From Setoptus koraiensis (taxonomy: Eukaryota; Animalia; Arthropoda), in assembly GCA_048013815.1 (NCBI GenBank), contig CM106585.1, positions 17,484,001-17,548,000 on the forward strand: 64,000 nucleotides of DNA, in the 5' to 3' direction. This document shows, piece by piece, positions 1 through 11,445 of the stretch. The notes below the pieces were generated by a model. That model was not told where the DNA came from, made no database searches, and saw nothing but the letters and a program-made list of their open reading frames with translations. The stretch's first letter is position 1. The number at the start of each line of letters is the position of its first letter. Both the position numbers and the translations under genes were made by a program.

Positions 1-1
1 T

Positions 2-709
2 TATGAGAAGGGACCCGTTTGCGGAAATGGTTATACGTCTATACTGTTTAGCTGGGCTTTGGATGCTCCCTCGATTGATTTACCTCCCGGGGTGGGATTT
101 ATGATTGGTGGAAAGAAATCTAAAGTCAACTATATTGTTTTGCAAGTGCATTATGGACACACACACATGTTTAGACAAGATAAGCATATGAGGGACGACT
201 CGGGGATAATATTGCACACAGTGCCAGGCAATGATAGAAGTATTACTAAACGGGCCGGAATATATCTGCTATTATCCAATGGTTATGTGTTACAAGGCAT
301 AAGTAAACACGAGATGGCGTGCAAAATAACGGAGAACAAGATAATTCATCCATTCAGGTATAGGACGCACACGCATAAACTCGGTTATAACGTGGCCGGC
401 TATAAGAGACCCTTCAATGCACCCTCAAATCACATGCAATTAATTGGACAACATGATCCTCAGCAACCCCAAATGTTTTATCCCATTGAAGATTCTACAA
501 TGGAAATTGGACAGGGCGACGGCCTATACGCTTACTGTGATTATAATAACACTGTCGGTCATGACGTCATGATTGGTGCCACCGGTAACGATGAAATGTG
601 CAATTTCTACATTATGTATTGGATAGATGGACCCGATCTTTTGGAAAGTCAAGATTGCCTGCAATACAATCCAAGGCACGCCTTTGATTCATCGAAATAT
701 GATCATTAA
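2..709 (+). CDS. PHM: Peptidylglycine alpha-hydroxylating monooxygenase (monofunctional PHM), 3' part; 5' end lies outside the window
   Basis: Frame open from nt 2 (YEKGPVCGNG...WALDAP). Copper-monooxygenase motifs present: LQVHY (CuH His), RTHTH (CuM His-x-His), EMCNFYIMYW (CuM Met), HDPQQPQMFYP. Stop at 707-709 straight after the catalytic core, with no PAL domain. Confidence 0.93.
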   Translation, partial: YEKGPVCGNGYTSILFSWALDAPSIDLPPGVGFMIGGKKSKVNYIVLQVHYGHTHMFRQDKHMRDDSGIILHTVPGNDRSITKRAGIYLLLSNGYVLQGISKHEMACKITENKIIHPFRYRTHTHKLGYNVAGYKRPFNAPSNHMQLIGQHDPQQPQMFYPIEDSTMEIGQGDGLYAYCDYNNTVGHDVMIGATGNDEMCNFYIMYWIDGPDLLESQDCLQYNPRHAFDSSKYDH

Positions 710-822
710 GTTCTCGAACACTTTTACAATCTAATCAATATATAGATATATAAAGTGCAACAATTGTACATATGTAAATTCAACAGATTGCGCTTGCTAG
801 CGTCGCGTAGTCGTCCGCTGTT

Positions 823-856
823 GAGCCATCGACCGAAAAGAGCCATCGACCGAAAA
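823..856. repeat. Exact 17-bp tandem duplication (GAGCCATCGACCGAAAA x2)
   Basis: Read directly at 823-839 and 840-856. Confidence 0.95.
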
Positions 857-2859
857 CGTAGCCTTCGTAGACTACTAGGTGTTGGAATGAATTCATTGAT
901 TGAGTATATACAATATGAAATAATATGAAATGGTGGACATCCCGAGAAAGAGTTACAAGACTGAGTCATAGATCAAGGTGACCATTCTGGTTTTTTGCCC
1001 CATCACCACTAAGGTTGCTGTATTCAACAGTCAACAAACGCATTTTATCATGAACACTGATGCCAATTGCTCCAAATGTCGTGTGAAAGTCACCTACAAC
1101 CACATGCAATTCGAGCATTAGCGAGTGGACGCCCAAAAGACTACCTAACAATGTTCACATAATAACAACACCAGTTAGAAACAACAGCAACAACATAACA
1201 CACATAAATTTTAGGACGCTTCAAATATTTATTTCAACGACAGGTGTGCATGTATCAGTAGCAGAGAGCAACTAGCGGAAATGTTTCTACAAATAAAGGT
1301 GAACTAACTAACAGTGATGACGAGAATGTGGCTTGGCTCTAGCACACATGAACGTCGGATTTAGAGGAAAACTGGACACCATAACTTTGAATGTTGAACA
1401 TTATACTGTAGTAGTTGGGCAACAATTGAATGAGAATTGTTTGCTATTTGCTTATTTATTTTCAGTAATGATCAGATCGGTGTTTACTCTCTCGTAACAA
1501 CCTTGCTGCCATTTTGTCTGCAATGAAACCATACTTTGCAATACGGTGACCATCACCAACTGCATCTATCAAGTTCCATGTCCAACACAGTGGAACTGGT
1601 ACAACTGCTAGCGCTTTTAAACGAGCTGACAAACGGAAACAATACTCTTAACACTTGTGACAACAACAATGGTATATGATGAATGTTTTTGTTCACTATT
1701 CTCTTGATGTTTTTGAGTCTGTTTCAGAATGACATTAGTTAGAGAGTGAGTCAGCATGTGTATATAGTCAAATACAACACCGAATAAGCTAATTTCAGCT
1801 AATCTAGAAACGTGTATAATATATAAGTGGCTAATTTGGATCGGGCCCAAAGCGAGAGAGGTTGGTTATAATTAAACAATCATGGGTGATATTTTCGACA
1901 AGTGTGTTCTTTCACGGTGACGCACAGCTTCCTAGAGTACTCTCTAATTGATTAGGAGTTTACAAGGAAACTTGATTGTCCAGCTGGCTAATATAGCAGT
2001 ACTGTTTGTGTTTCTAAAGAAAGAACCGCTCTCTGGGAAAACCAATGTTATCGATTAGAGATTGAACGACAAAATTATTATTAATAGTGCAATTAATATC
2101 ACAACAAACCACTTTTCGCTGAATAGCCATCGAATGGCAATAACCATATGTGTGGCGGCCTTGCTCTGAAGTCAGGCTTCCAGAGATGGTAAACAGAAAT
2201 TGCTGGAATAAAGTGTATAGAGTATAAATTGATAACGGCAAACATAGAGAGTACGTTAACCCGAGCACATGGCCGAGCGGTGTTCATCACTTGTTGCAGC
2301 TCACACAACAGGGACAAGAAGTAAGTGAAAGCAGCACAACAATTGTTGAGTCAGAAGAACTATTAACTTTTGGTGGTATAGTTATCAAACTACCAGTTAC
2401 TCAACAAAATGAAGAAAGGAAGTTAGGAGCGGAAACTTTACCGTTGTAATGTACGCAACATGCGTGCTCTTCTATGAGAGGCGACTTGCATGACATCCGC
2501 ATCGACAATAATAATTGTAACAGAGACAACTGTTAGAAGTAGTGATTCTGTGTGGAAAGTCCGTTGAATGTGTGTCATATTGGTGTTAGATCGCGTCAAC
2601 ACGGTGCGATAAAAGCGGAATTACCAGAGGAAAACTCTTCATCCGATTGCGTTTATGTCTACAGCACACGCTATACATGATGGGAGCCTCTAAGTGACAT
2701 TGGCAACTCAAAAGATTTCTGCATCCGCTCTACCGGTGCGTGCTACGTGCAAAAGCAACGAGGGCAGAGCGGACGAAGGGCGTAACTTTTTCTCATGCTT
2801 GCTAGTCGATTTCCGTTGATGTTCCGCTCTTGCTTTACGTCCTCTTCTGTGACAATGTA

Positions 2860-2881
2860 TGTGTGTGTGTGTGTGTGTGTT
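2860..2881. repeat. (GT)n microsatellite
   Basis: About 10 GT units read directly. Confidence 0.9.
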
Positions 2882-5781
2882 TGGACGCACATTTAACGTT
2901 GCCGTAGTATACAACACTGTAGAATCGACGAATGTAATCTCTCAGCATCTTCTCCTGCTCCTTCTTCCTCTCGTTACAACCTTTGATAGTGGAAGCGGGA
3001 GAGGGAATCAGAGGCCGCTGCGGTGCTACTAGTAGCAGCAGTATTAGTTGTAGCGATAGTAGAATCTCCGATACAACTTCTATGAATGATCGGTAATCGG
3101 ACGGAAACTGGTCACTAACGTTTGCACGGTTTCTGTTGCATCGTGGCGCGTACACAAGCAACAGTTGAATGGTAACACAGTTTCCTCCACTTCATTCCCT
3201 ACTGTTTGCTGTGGGCCATCCTGCCCTGGCTCTCCGTTCTTCATGATCCGATCGCACGAACATCCTCATGACCCATGAGTGCGTATTTATGTCGTCCATT
3301 GCTGCTCTGAGTTGGCAGCTGTAGCCTTGTTTGTGCTAGTTCAGTCACAAAGAGAAATGAACAAATTTTTGTGTAGAGAAGGGCCCAAGACGTTTCTCCT
3401 CTTACACTGCCCACAGTTCCATGTATGCTCTGTGCTGCGTCCCGAAATTTCGTTTCATTCATTGATCTGTCTCGTCTTTCTTTGCTCGCCTCGTTTATTC
3501 TCTAGCGTATACTGCTATTCCCCTTCTTTTCGAACTGCCGACCAAAGAAAGAGCGCGGTCAAGTTGCACACACAAAAAACGCCATGCAGATGACCAACAT
3601 CATCAGATTGTGCAAGTATTACTTATTAGCGTGGCTCGTGTCGGCTGTTGGGCTTCAGAAAAGCTGCGTGCTACTGCCAACATTATCATCTGCACCTTGT
3701 GACTTGGTGTTACATTATCCGACCTCTCTAATGCGTTTAATTGTACACAGTGAGCAACGTCCTTGTAGAGAAACGTGAAGCAAACACATTGAGGCACCTA
3801 GTTGCACTGGATCGTGTCCACATGAGCATCTGCTCCCATGTTCGGCATCATGTGTGAGGGGGTGTCAGCAAAGAGTATCTGCAGCGTAGCGTATTTCTCG
3901 TTTAGTATTATTGCAACAGCACGATCAAACCGACATGTGGCTACTGTGCCATCTTTGCCAATGTGGACCAAATGGCCGGCTATATTATTATTATCATTAT
4001 TGTTATTCTTGTTGGACTGGTGGCTCGTGGCAGCTCGTGTCGATGGTGTATGGATCAGATGGTATATGAAGTGTGTGCCGGTATAATCATCACCGATTCG
4101 ATAGAATCAGAGGCATTCACTGCTGTTGTTTGCCATAGGCTCACCGCACATAAAACGAATGCAGTGGAGGTTTGAACGATTTTCGAGAGAAGGCGGCTGG
4201 CACGCGTCATCAGTCTTGGCTTTGAGAGGGTAGAATCGTTTTGTTGTGTCTGCCCACCAGCGTAAATTCGTTCGGGTCCTGATTGTTTGGTATAAGTTCA
4301 AGCCCCCCTGGCCCTGAAGCAATAGAAGCAGCTTGCGCCCGTATGCGGCTAGCAAGCTGGCGTTCGACAACTCGCTGTTGTGTGCCCCGGAGAGCAACAG
4401 ATGTCACTAAAATAAAGCGTTTCTCTGATGCCATGGCCAGCCGTTATCAGATGCCTAATGTCAGAGTTCAATACATTAGTGTAAGAAGTAGTGTGCGCTG
4501 TGATGATTACAATCTGTCTTGGGCGACACGGAAAATACATTGGCAGGCATAAATTGTGCTTGTTCGTGTGCCATTTGCCTCCTCTGTGGTTTAAGCTGTG
4601 TGTTTGTGTCGTCTCACTATCTTGATTTTAATCTCTGGCTTTAAGTGAAGGCGTTGCGCCTAAGCGCCTAAATGTCGCCACACGCTGGAGACTGCAGTGG
4701 ATAATCTGTTGATAGTTGAGCTAATTCCATCCAGCCTCCCACAAGGCTCGACGCCGCCACTAATTGTAATTATAATTGGCATCAGTAGTGATTAAGTAGT
4801 AATGATAATTATGATAACTATAATAACGTTGATTGTTTATAATGTCAGTAATAGATAGAATTGTCCAGTCGCTTGATTAGATTGATGACGCTGTATGGCG
4901 TGAGTGGCACCAGTAGCCAGTGTGAGCGAGGCGCCAAGCCACATGGTTTTGAGCCAACAGTACAGTGTGTCTCAATTCGACAGTTGATACCATGATTACG
5001 CTGAAGGTGGAATGGTGCGATTGTGCCCAGTGCAATCTCGTCGTTTATAGGTGGACACTTTCTCTACTGCCATTGGCAGCGCACCAATATCTGCAGAGAT
5101 ACTGTGTGTGTGCGTGCTCGTACACACATACACAGCGGTACAGCGGTACAGTGGGGTGTGTGTGTGGTATGGCAGCCAACAAGTTATATATTGCCATACT
5201 GGCTTGCATCATTGTCGCGTGCCGCGTGAATCGCGAGCGCACGCGTGCTCGTTGTACGCACTCTGTGCCAGATCTGCGTAACCGGGGGCACGCATTCTAA
5301 TCAGGGAGCCAGGTGCCCCAAACAGGACAAAAGGAAGAATCGAGCAAGCCGCCGCTACTCAACGGTGGTTTCGTTTCATCATCCGCATATCATCGTATTT
5401 GCAGCAGCAGCCTGATTGTAGCTTGTGCTCATCATCGCACATTGCGTTCATTAATTCGTGGCCATGGTGGTGCGCCAGATGTTGAACGCGCGCAGATGAT
5501 GGTCGTGGTGGCAAATCAAGGCTGCTGCTGCTGTGCCTCCAATCAACCAGTTGCTCTGCCTTATGTATGCTGCACACACTGCTTGTGTTGTGTATTCGCA
5601 TTCGGTCAGCCGGATGCCTCTATGCCGCGTCCAACACACGGCGAACTTTGAGCGAACTCTAGAATAGATAGAATAATTGTTGCCTATAGCACTGCTGCAT
5701 GCGTTCGACAGCACAGGGGGAACAAATGCGCGAGCAGGAAGAGGGAGCGAACGTGTTGCAGCGGCAGCAGCAGGACGGCTG

Positions 5782-5807
5782 CTGTTCGAAGTTCGAACTT
5801 CGAACAG
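5782..5807. repeat. Perfect 26-bp palindrome built from three TTCGAA units at 7-bp spacing
   Basis: CTGTTCGAAGTTCGAACTTCGAACAG is identical to its own reverse complement. Confidence 0.95.
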
Positions 5808-6641
5808 TTCGATGCTGAGTGTGAGCCGCCGCCGCTGCTGCTGCTGCCCCTGTAGACTAACGAACATAAACACAACTGGAGCACACATGACAACTTTTGA
5901 GTCGGACAACATTAGCATGTGTGTCGATTTAGCGCTGGCAAATGGCAATAGCGAATTGGTAAATGGCAAACGGCAAACGAATGGCGAGTGAATCGAACTT
6001 TTAAACTGGCTGGCAATGGTGGACGCCGCACATGCTTAGCAGCACGACGACAACGACCATTCCGGCCGGCCCCGTCGCGCTGCCACACTAATCTAATCGC
6101 CGCAGACTCCAATGGCAGCGACAAACAATGCCCGCTCTCTCTATAATGTATTGCAATATGTGTGTGTGCGTCCAAACTGTTCAACTATTGCCATTGATCC
6201 CACCATCTCCCCACTATTCATTATGCATACGTAATGCGACGCGGCTAGAGTGCGCATGCGTGTCCTCTATCATTCGATTTTTTAGTCCTGTTTTGGCCTG
6301 TTGCTCTAGTGTTGTGTAAACATACTGCACTGCTGTTATATATGCACTGTCGCTGCAGTGTTGCCATCAAACGCAAGCAAGTCTGCGTGTGTCTGCCCGT
6401 ATCATCGGTGAAACATTCGATAAGTGACGCTCGTTCCACTACGACCACCATCGATCGCACCAGTGCCACCAAACACCATTAACGCCTCAAACGCCAATCA
6501 GACAACATCGCAAGCGAACGTCCTCAAGCTCATCTAAACAACACACATCAACACACTCCAATAGTGTTCAATAGATGACCATAATAGCATCATCACACCT
6601 GTAATTCAACTTTACAATTAGCCACCACAACAATCATCGTC

Positions 6642-8310
6642 ATGCAATCGTTTATCAAGAAGATATACCGAAGAACGACGAGAAAATTAAGCAAATGCTG
6701 TAAGTTGATAGTAATTTTCATCTGTTCATATTGCGTCACAATAACAATAGATCACATTAGTTATTCACGACATCATCAATGATATGTAACTTGTAAGCAA
6801 TCATACTAATCAACACATTTATTTCTCTTCTCTCTTATCACCCTATGCACTCCTATCTATGCACGCTCAACAACGCATTCTCATATCGCACGCTTCAACT
6901 CATTCGCATTATTATTACACCGACAACGATATGCAAACAGTAAACAACAACAAATCGGAAAACAACCGATCAGCAGTTCCGGCAGCGCTTATGCATGCTG
7001 CAAAAAATCAATTGCCACCAGTTCAATTTCATCATGTCCATGGGGCCAATGTTAGACTTAGCAATAACAAATTTGTTGCTAGACGGGTGGATAGCTTTTG
7101 TCAGGGATTAGTTTTTAGCAATAGAGTTATTTTGCCCAACGAAAGAGTTTATATAAAGTTGATCAAAGTTGCTGACAGACAAAACGGACTGCCTCAATGG
7201 AGCGGAACTATTCGGTTTGGTTTTACTAGCGTTGATCCGGCTACACTCAGATACAAAATGCCAAAGTATGCCTGTCCAGATATGACTTCACAGAAGACAA
7301 CATGGGCAAAGGCTTTGTCAGACAAAGTGGTCCACGAAAATATTGTTATACATTTCTCATACGATAATTCTGGTCGCATCCATTATGGCATCAATAATCA
7401 AGATTGTGGAATTTTTCATGCCAATGTTACAACCACAAAGCATCTGTGGTTCATTTTAGATATCTATGGTAATACAACTGGAGTTGAATTGATTGATCCT
7501 CGTCTTCACAGCAATAGTGGCCTTAACAGCGCCCATCCTCGTATCAAGAGCGAAGACTTTCAAATTGAGGCAACGCTCAGTCCAGCATCCGGCAGAAGAC
7601 GTTCTTCTCAAAACAATTCTACCAATCAACGCACTGCAACAACTATGGCAGATATTACACCCAATCCACCTCCAGAGCATCTCATGTCATTAGCAGCTCT
7701 TGACAGAACAATAGCCAACCAAAACATTTATAGTCCACCTCCAATGCACATAAATCGTCAAGTAATTCCGACAACATATAGCAACTATCAACAACCAAGG
7801 ACTGTTCGTTCATCAACAAGCTTGCATAGATATTTGCATGCACCAACTAACAACACCCCACACAATAATCAAGCACTTCAGACTCATATGAGTAAACTTA
7901 GAAAAAACTCATCGAATGGAAACTCCAAACGACAACAGTCAAAAATATCATCGACGACGTCTACGACTGTGAAAAATGAAACTTCAAAAAAGAAAGCTGG
8001 TAAGTATCAATCAGATCCGAACCGTTTCTAATGACTAATTGCGTATATTGTATAAATATTCGTCTAGATTATTAATCTCCAAATACCTCTATCTCTCCTT
8101 TATCAATTTTCAGCATCAAGCACTCCTGAAGCTCCAGCAACAAGAGATTGTCCGATATGCTATGAGCGACCCATAAACTGTGTCCTTTATCAATGTGGTC
8201 ATATGTGCACTTGCTACGAATGCGGAGTCAAACAATGGAGAACACAATCAAGGACATGTCCCATATGTCGGACTGTCATCAAAGATGTCATCAAGACATT
8301 CATGTCATAA
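6642..8310 (+). CDS. neur: Neuralized E3 ubiquitin ligase (one NHR domain + C-terminal RING). Exons 6642-6699, 6941-7999, 8114-8310; 437 aa
   Basis: Exon 1 MQSFIKKIYRRTTRKLSKC resembles the basic N-terminal motif of fly Neur and ends at a GTAAGT donor. The NHR domain reads LPPVQFHHVHGANV...FCQGLVFS...PKYACPD...WAKAL...DIYG. A GTAAGT donor at 8000 and TTTTCAG acceptor at 8113 join it in frame to the RING (CPICYERPINCVLYQCGHMCTCYECG...CPICR). Summed exon length 1314 nt is divisible by 3. An alternative in-phase acceptor exists near 6973. Confidence 0.9.
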
Positions 8311-8507
8311 ATGACTCACTCATAGTTTTGCTTATACTTCCAAAGTTAATACGAACCACTGTATAATATACTGTTATCAATTTGTCCAAAAATAATATAG
8401 AAAAAATGCTACAAGTCATCTAAATTTCAAATTTATCTCACAAAAGAGTTTAAATACACATAGCTCCAATCATGATAAGAAATTATTAATTGGAGAAAGA
8501 TTTTTCT

Positions 8508-10601
8508 TCACATCTTCGGATCAGGCATCAACCTTGAGTAACCTAGGCCGTTACGTCTAGCTTGATGGAATGAACTACCAGACGGGTTGATGCGTTTCTG
8601 GTTACCTTTGAATCGTGATTTTCTAAACCAGTTGCTCTTCATTGCAAGTTCCATAAGTGCTTGATTTACTTTTTGATTACATGATTCCAAGTTTCTCACC
8701 AGATGACCAGCAAACTCTTTATCTTTTTCAGTAACAAGAGTGTAGGCTGTTCCTTTAGTACCTGCGCGACCAGTCCTTCCAATCCTGTGAACATGTGTGT
8801 CTATGTCGCGAGCAACATCATAGTTGATCACCGTTCTAATGTGAGGTATATCGAGACCTCTGGCAGCTATATCTGTAGCGACTAATATTGGCAACTCTTT
8901 CTTTTTGAATGCTGTAATTACTCGATTCCGCGCCGATTGTTCCATGTCCCCATGTAGTAACAGACACTTGTGCTGATTGGCTTCTAAATTTTGATGAAGT
9001 TCATCGGCATTATCTTTCCTTGTAACAAATATCAGAAGGCTACCGGCGGACAGAAACTCTACAATCCTTGATATCAACCATTCCCAGCGAGCGGGTCCTA
9101 GAGGAAAAACTATAACATGTTGGGTGACATCTTCATTGGCTTCACCTAACTCTTTCTGTACTATTTTTATGGGATCCACTATCACATGTCTCGCCAAACG
9201 CTCAATTTTTTTCTTGAAGGTTGCACTAAACATCAATATCTGCCTGTCAGGACGAACATGATCGCACAAAGATCTTACTTGTGGTTCAAATCCCATATCA
9301 AACATTCTGTCTGCTTCATCTAGGACTAAATATGTTACCCGTCGCAAATTCGTTACCTTCAGCTTAATCATGTCGATAATACGTCCTGGTGTCGCAACAA
9401 CTACTTCTGCACCAGCTTCGAAATCTCTCGATTGTTCATATTTTGAACCACCCCCGTATGCACATATTGTGGCAATATTATAGGTGCTAGCAAACTTTTT
9501 CGTTTCGCTGTAGACTTGAAGAGCTAATTCTCTTGTCGGAACTAGTATCAACCCTATTGGTCCATCGCCTGATTTGAGATTGGGTTGACCCATGATGTGT
9601 ACAATCATGGGCCATAAGTATGCAGCCGTTTTCCCACTGCCTGTCATGGCAATACCAATTATGTTCCGTCCTAACAACGCCGCGGGAACTGCTTGAGCTT
9701 GAATAGGTGTTGGTTGAGAATATTCAGATTTTCTTATGACTCGCATCAAACGTTCATCGAATCCAAAGTGGGCGAAACTACATACCGGCCTAGGTGGGTC
9801 AACTCCGGATACTCTAATTTCAAGTTTGGACCGCAATTCTTGAGCTTGCTCGGCCGTCAACCTCTTGATGTCTTCGTGCTCTTCATAGAAGCATTTGTCG
9901 AAGTTTGCGTAGTCAATTTGAGTGTGATCTATGGAAGGTAATGGGTCTATTTCCTTTTTCAATTTGAATGACACGATTGGGTTACCATCTTCATCATATT
10001 CTATAGAATTAATCCTATCATCTTCCTCAGCTTGTTCTTCTTCTGTCTTTGAAGCGCTGAGCGATTTAGTATTTTCGGCCATATGCCTATAATATGATTC
10101 CTCATCATCGTCCAGATCATCTATATCTAGTCTAACACCACGAGACTTGGTACTCGCGTTAGCGGACGGACAAGCCTTAAATTGTTTGCTCTCTTTCTGC
10201 AAATTCTTGCACTTGAAGTCTTTCTTAGAGCTTTTTGTGGATTCTTCATCCAATGTCCTCATGAATGCATCTAATGGGTCATCTTCGTCATCGTCGTCTT
10301 GCAAAGGTCTTTTCTTGCTAGTTGGTGAGTCTTGAGTATTGTCGCCATGATTATCGGGTGATTCTTGATTGAGTTCGTCCTCGTCATCTCTGTCGAAGTA
10401 GTCATCTTCATCACGAAATCCTGCGCCTTTGAATTGTGCAAAGGTTCCTCTACTACTAGAGGGAATAAATTTTGTAGGTGGCCGACGTGAATCGATAGTG
10501 TCTTGTCTGCCTATGGCATTAATAGCATCTTTTATTACGTTGGGCGGTCCCTTGCTTTTGTAGCTCGAAGGCGGTGGTACGCACGCCGATTCCCTGGGCA
10601 T
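8508..10601 (-). CDS. DDX42: ATP-dependent DEAD-box RNA helicase DDX42 (SF3b125-like), intronless, 697 aa
   Basis: Q motif (YSQPTPIQAQ), AMTGSGKT, PTRELA, LDEADRMFDMGFEPQV, SAT, HRIGRTGRAG. N-terminal DDPLDAFM and EEESYY segments and the GEANEDVTQ segment are typical of DDX42. Confidence 0.9.
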   Translation of the reverse strand: MPRESACVPPPSSYKSKGPPNVIKDAINAIGRQDTIDSRRPPTKFIPSSSRGTFAQFKGAGFRDEDDYFDRDDEDELNQESPDNHGDNTQDSPTSKKRPLQDDDDEDDPLDAFMRTLDEESTKSSKKDFKCKNLQKESKQFKACPSANASTKSRGVRLDIDDLDDDEESYYRHMAENTKSLSASKTEEEQAEEDDRINSIEYDEDGNPIVSFKLKKEIDPLPSIDHTQIDYANFDKCFYEEHEDIKRLTAEQAQELRSKLEIRVSGVDPPRPVCSFAHFGFDERLMRVIRKSEYSQPTPIQAQAVPAALLGRNIIGIAMTGSGKTAAYLWPMIVHIMGQPNLKSGDGPIGLILVPTRELALQVYSETKKFASTYNIATICAYGGGSKYEQSRDFEAGAEVVVATPGRIIDMIKLKVTNLRRVTYLVLDEADRMFDMGFEPQVRSLCDHVRPDRQILMFSATFKKKIERLARHVIVDPIKIVQKELGEANEDVTQHVIVFPLGPARWEWLISRIVEFLSAGSLLIFVTRKDNADELHQNLEANQHKCLLLHGDMEQSARNRVITAFKKKELPILVATDIAARGLDIPHIRTVINYDVARDIDTHVHRIGRTGRAGTKGTAYTLVTEKDKEFAGHLVRNLESCNQKVNQALMELAMKSNWFRKSRFKGNQKRINPSGSSFHQARRNGLGYSRLMPDPKM

Positions 10602-10773
10602 ATTTCTTAGTCATATAATTGATCATGCGATGAGATAATCTGACTAATCTTCTCCAAACTAATGAGTGCTAGAATGTTATTTCAATCAATGACATGATCT
10701 CGAGCATGTAGATCAACAATTGACATCTAATGAGTGAGTTTATAACGGATGCAACGGCCCAGATATTTCAAAC

Positions 10774-11382
10774 ATGATAAATTCATTAATTGAAGTAAAG
10801 AAATTGCGATTTTCGATCAGGATAGTTGATGATTCAAAGGAGTCACGATCGACATTGAACAACAGCTCATATTATAAAACAATTGTCATTTTGGCAACCC
10901 CAGTTGCATTCTTAATAATGTCTAGTACCAACATGAGAGGGCGCACCTTCTGGCTGGCCTGCCATGTGGGGCATGCACACAAACGATCCTCAAAAAGTTT
11001 ACCTCCTGATAGCCTCAGTATTTCACAAAATAGACACCATCTAGCCCAGAGGAGAATATATTGTTTCTATTATACACATCTTACATTGCATTACATTCGC
11101 TCTTATGTCTCACAAAATCGATGCAACATGAAAATTACGACTAATTTCATTGGCTATCAATCTTCAGTCACCAATGGAAAGTTCTTTCAGTTAATTCGTC
11201 AGCGCTCCCTACAGGAGGTGATCCGAAATACACTCGCTAATAGCGCTCTCTTTTGCTGGCAATGTGGCAATCATATGTTGACAACAACAGAAACAGACCC
11301 CAAATCATCAACAGGAGTGGGACAAAATGTCTTTTTATTTTCAAATCTAAATTCCAAGAATCTAGATAATCCTCCAGTTTGA
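10774..11382 (+). other. 202-codon ORF of unknown significance in the DDX42-ASCC3 divergent interval
   Basis: ORF track only. No recognisable domain, and it is not in frame with ASCC3. Confidence 0.2.
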
Positions 11383-11445
11383 TAATAATTGCTCTCATTT
11401 GTGACAAACCTGTCTCCAAAAAGTCTTAGAAACAATTCAAATTAA

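Noticed and set aside
3340-3440. TWNCGQCKERN on the minus strand, resembling a RanBP2 zinc finger half
   Set aside because: The second CxxC pair is missing and the frame is bounded by stops.
10940-11010. LPCGACTQ (cytidine-deaminase-like PCxxC) in an alternative frame
   Set aside because: The frame is closed by stops within a few codons on both sides, and there is no upstream HxE/CxE motif or usable splice sites.
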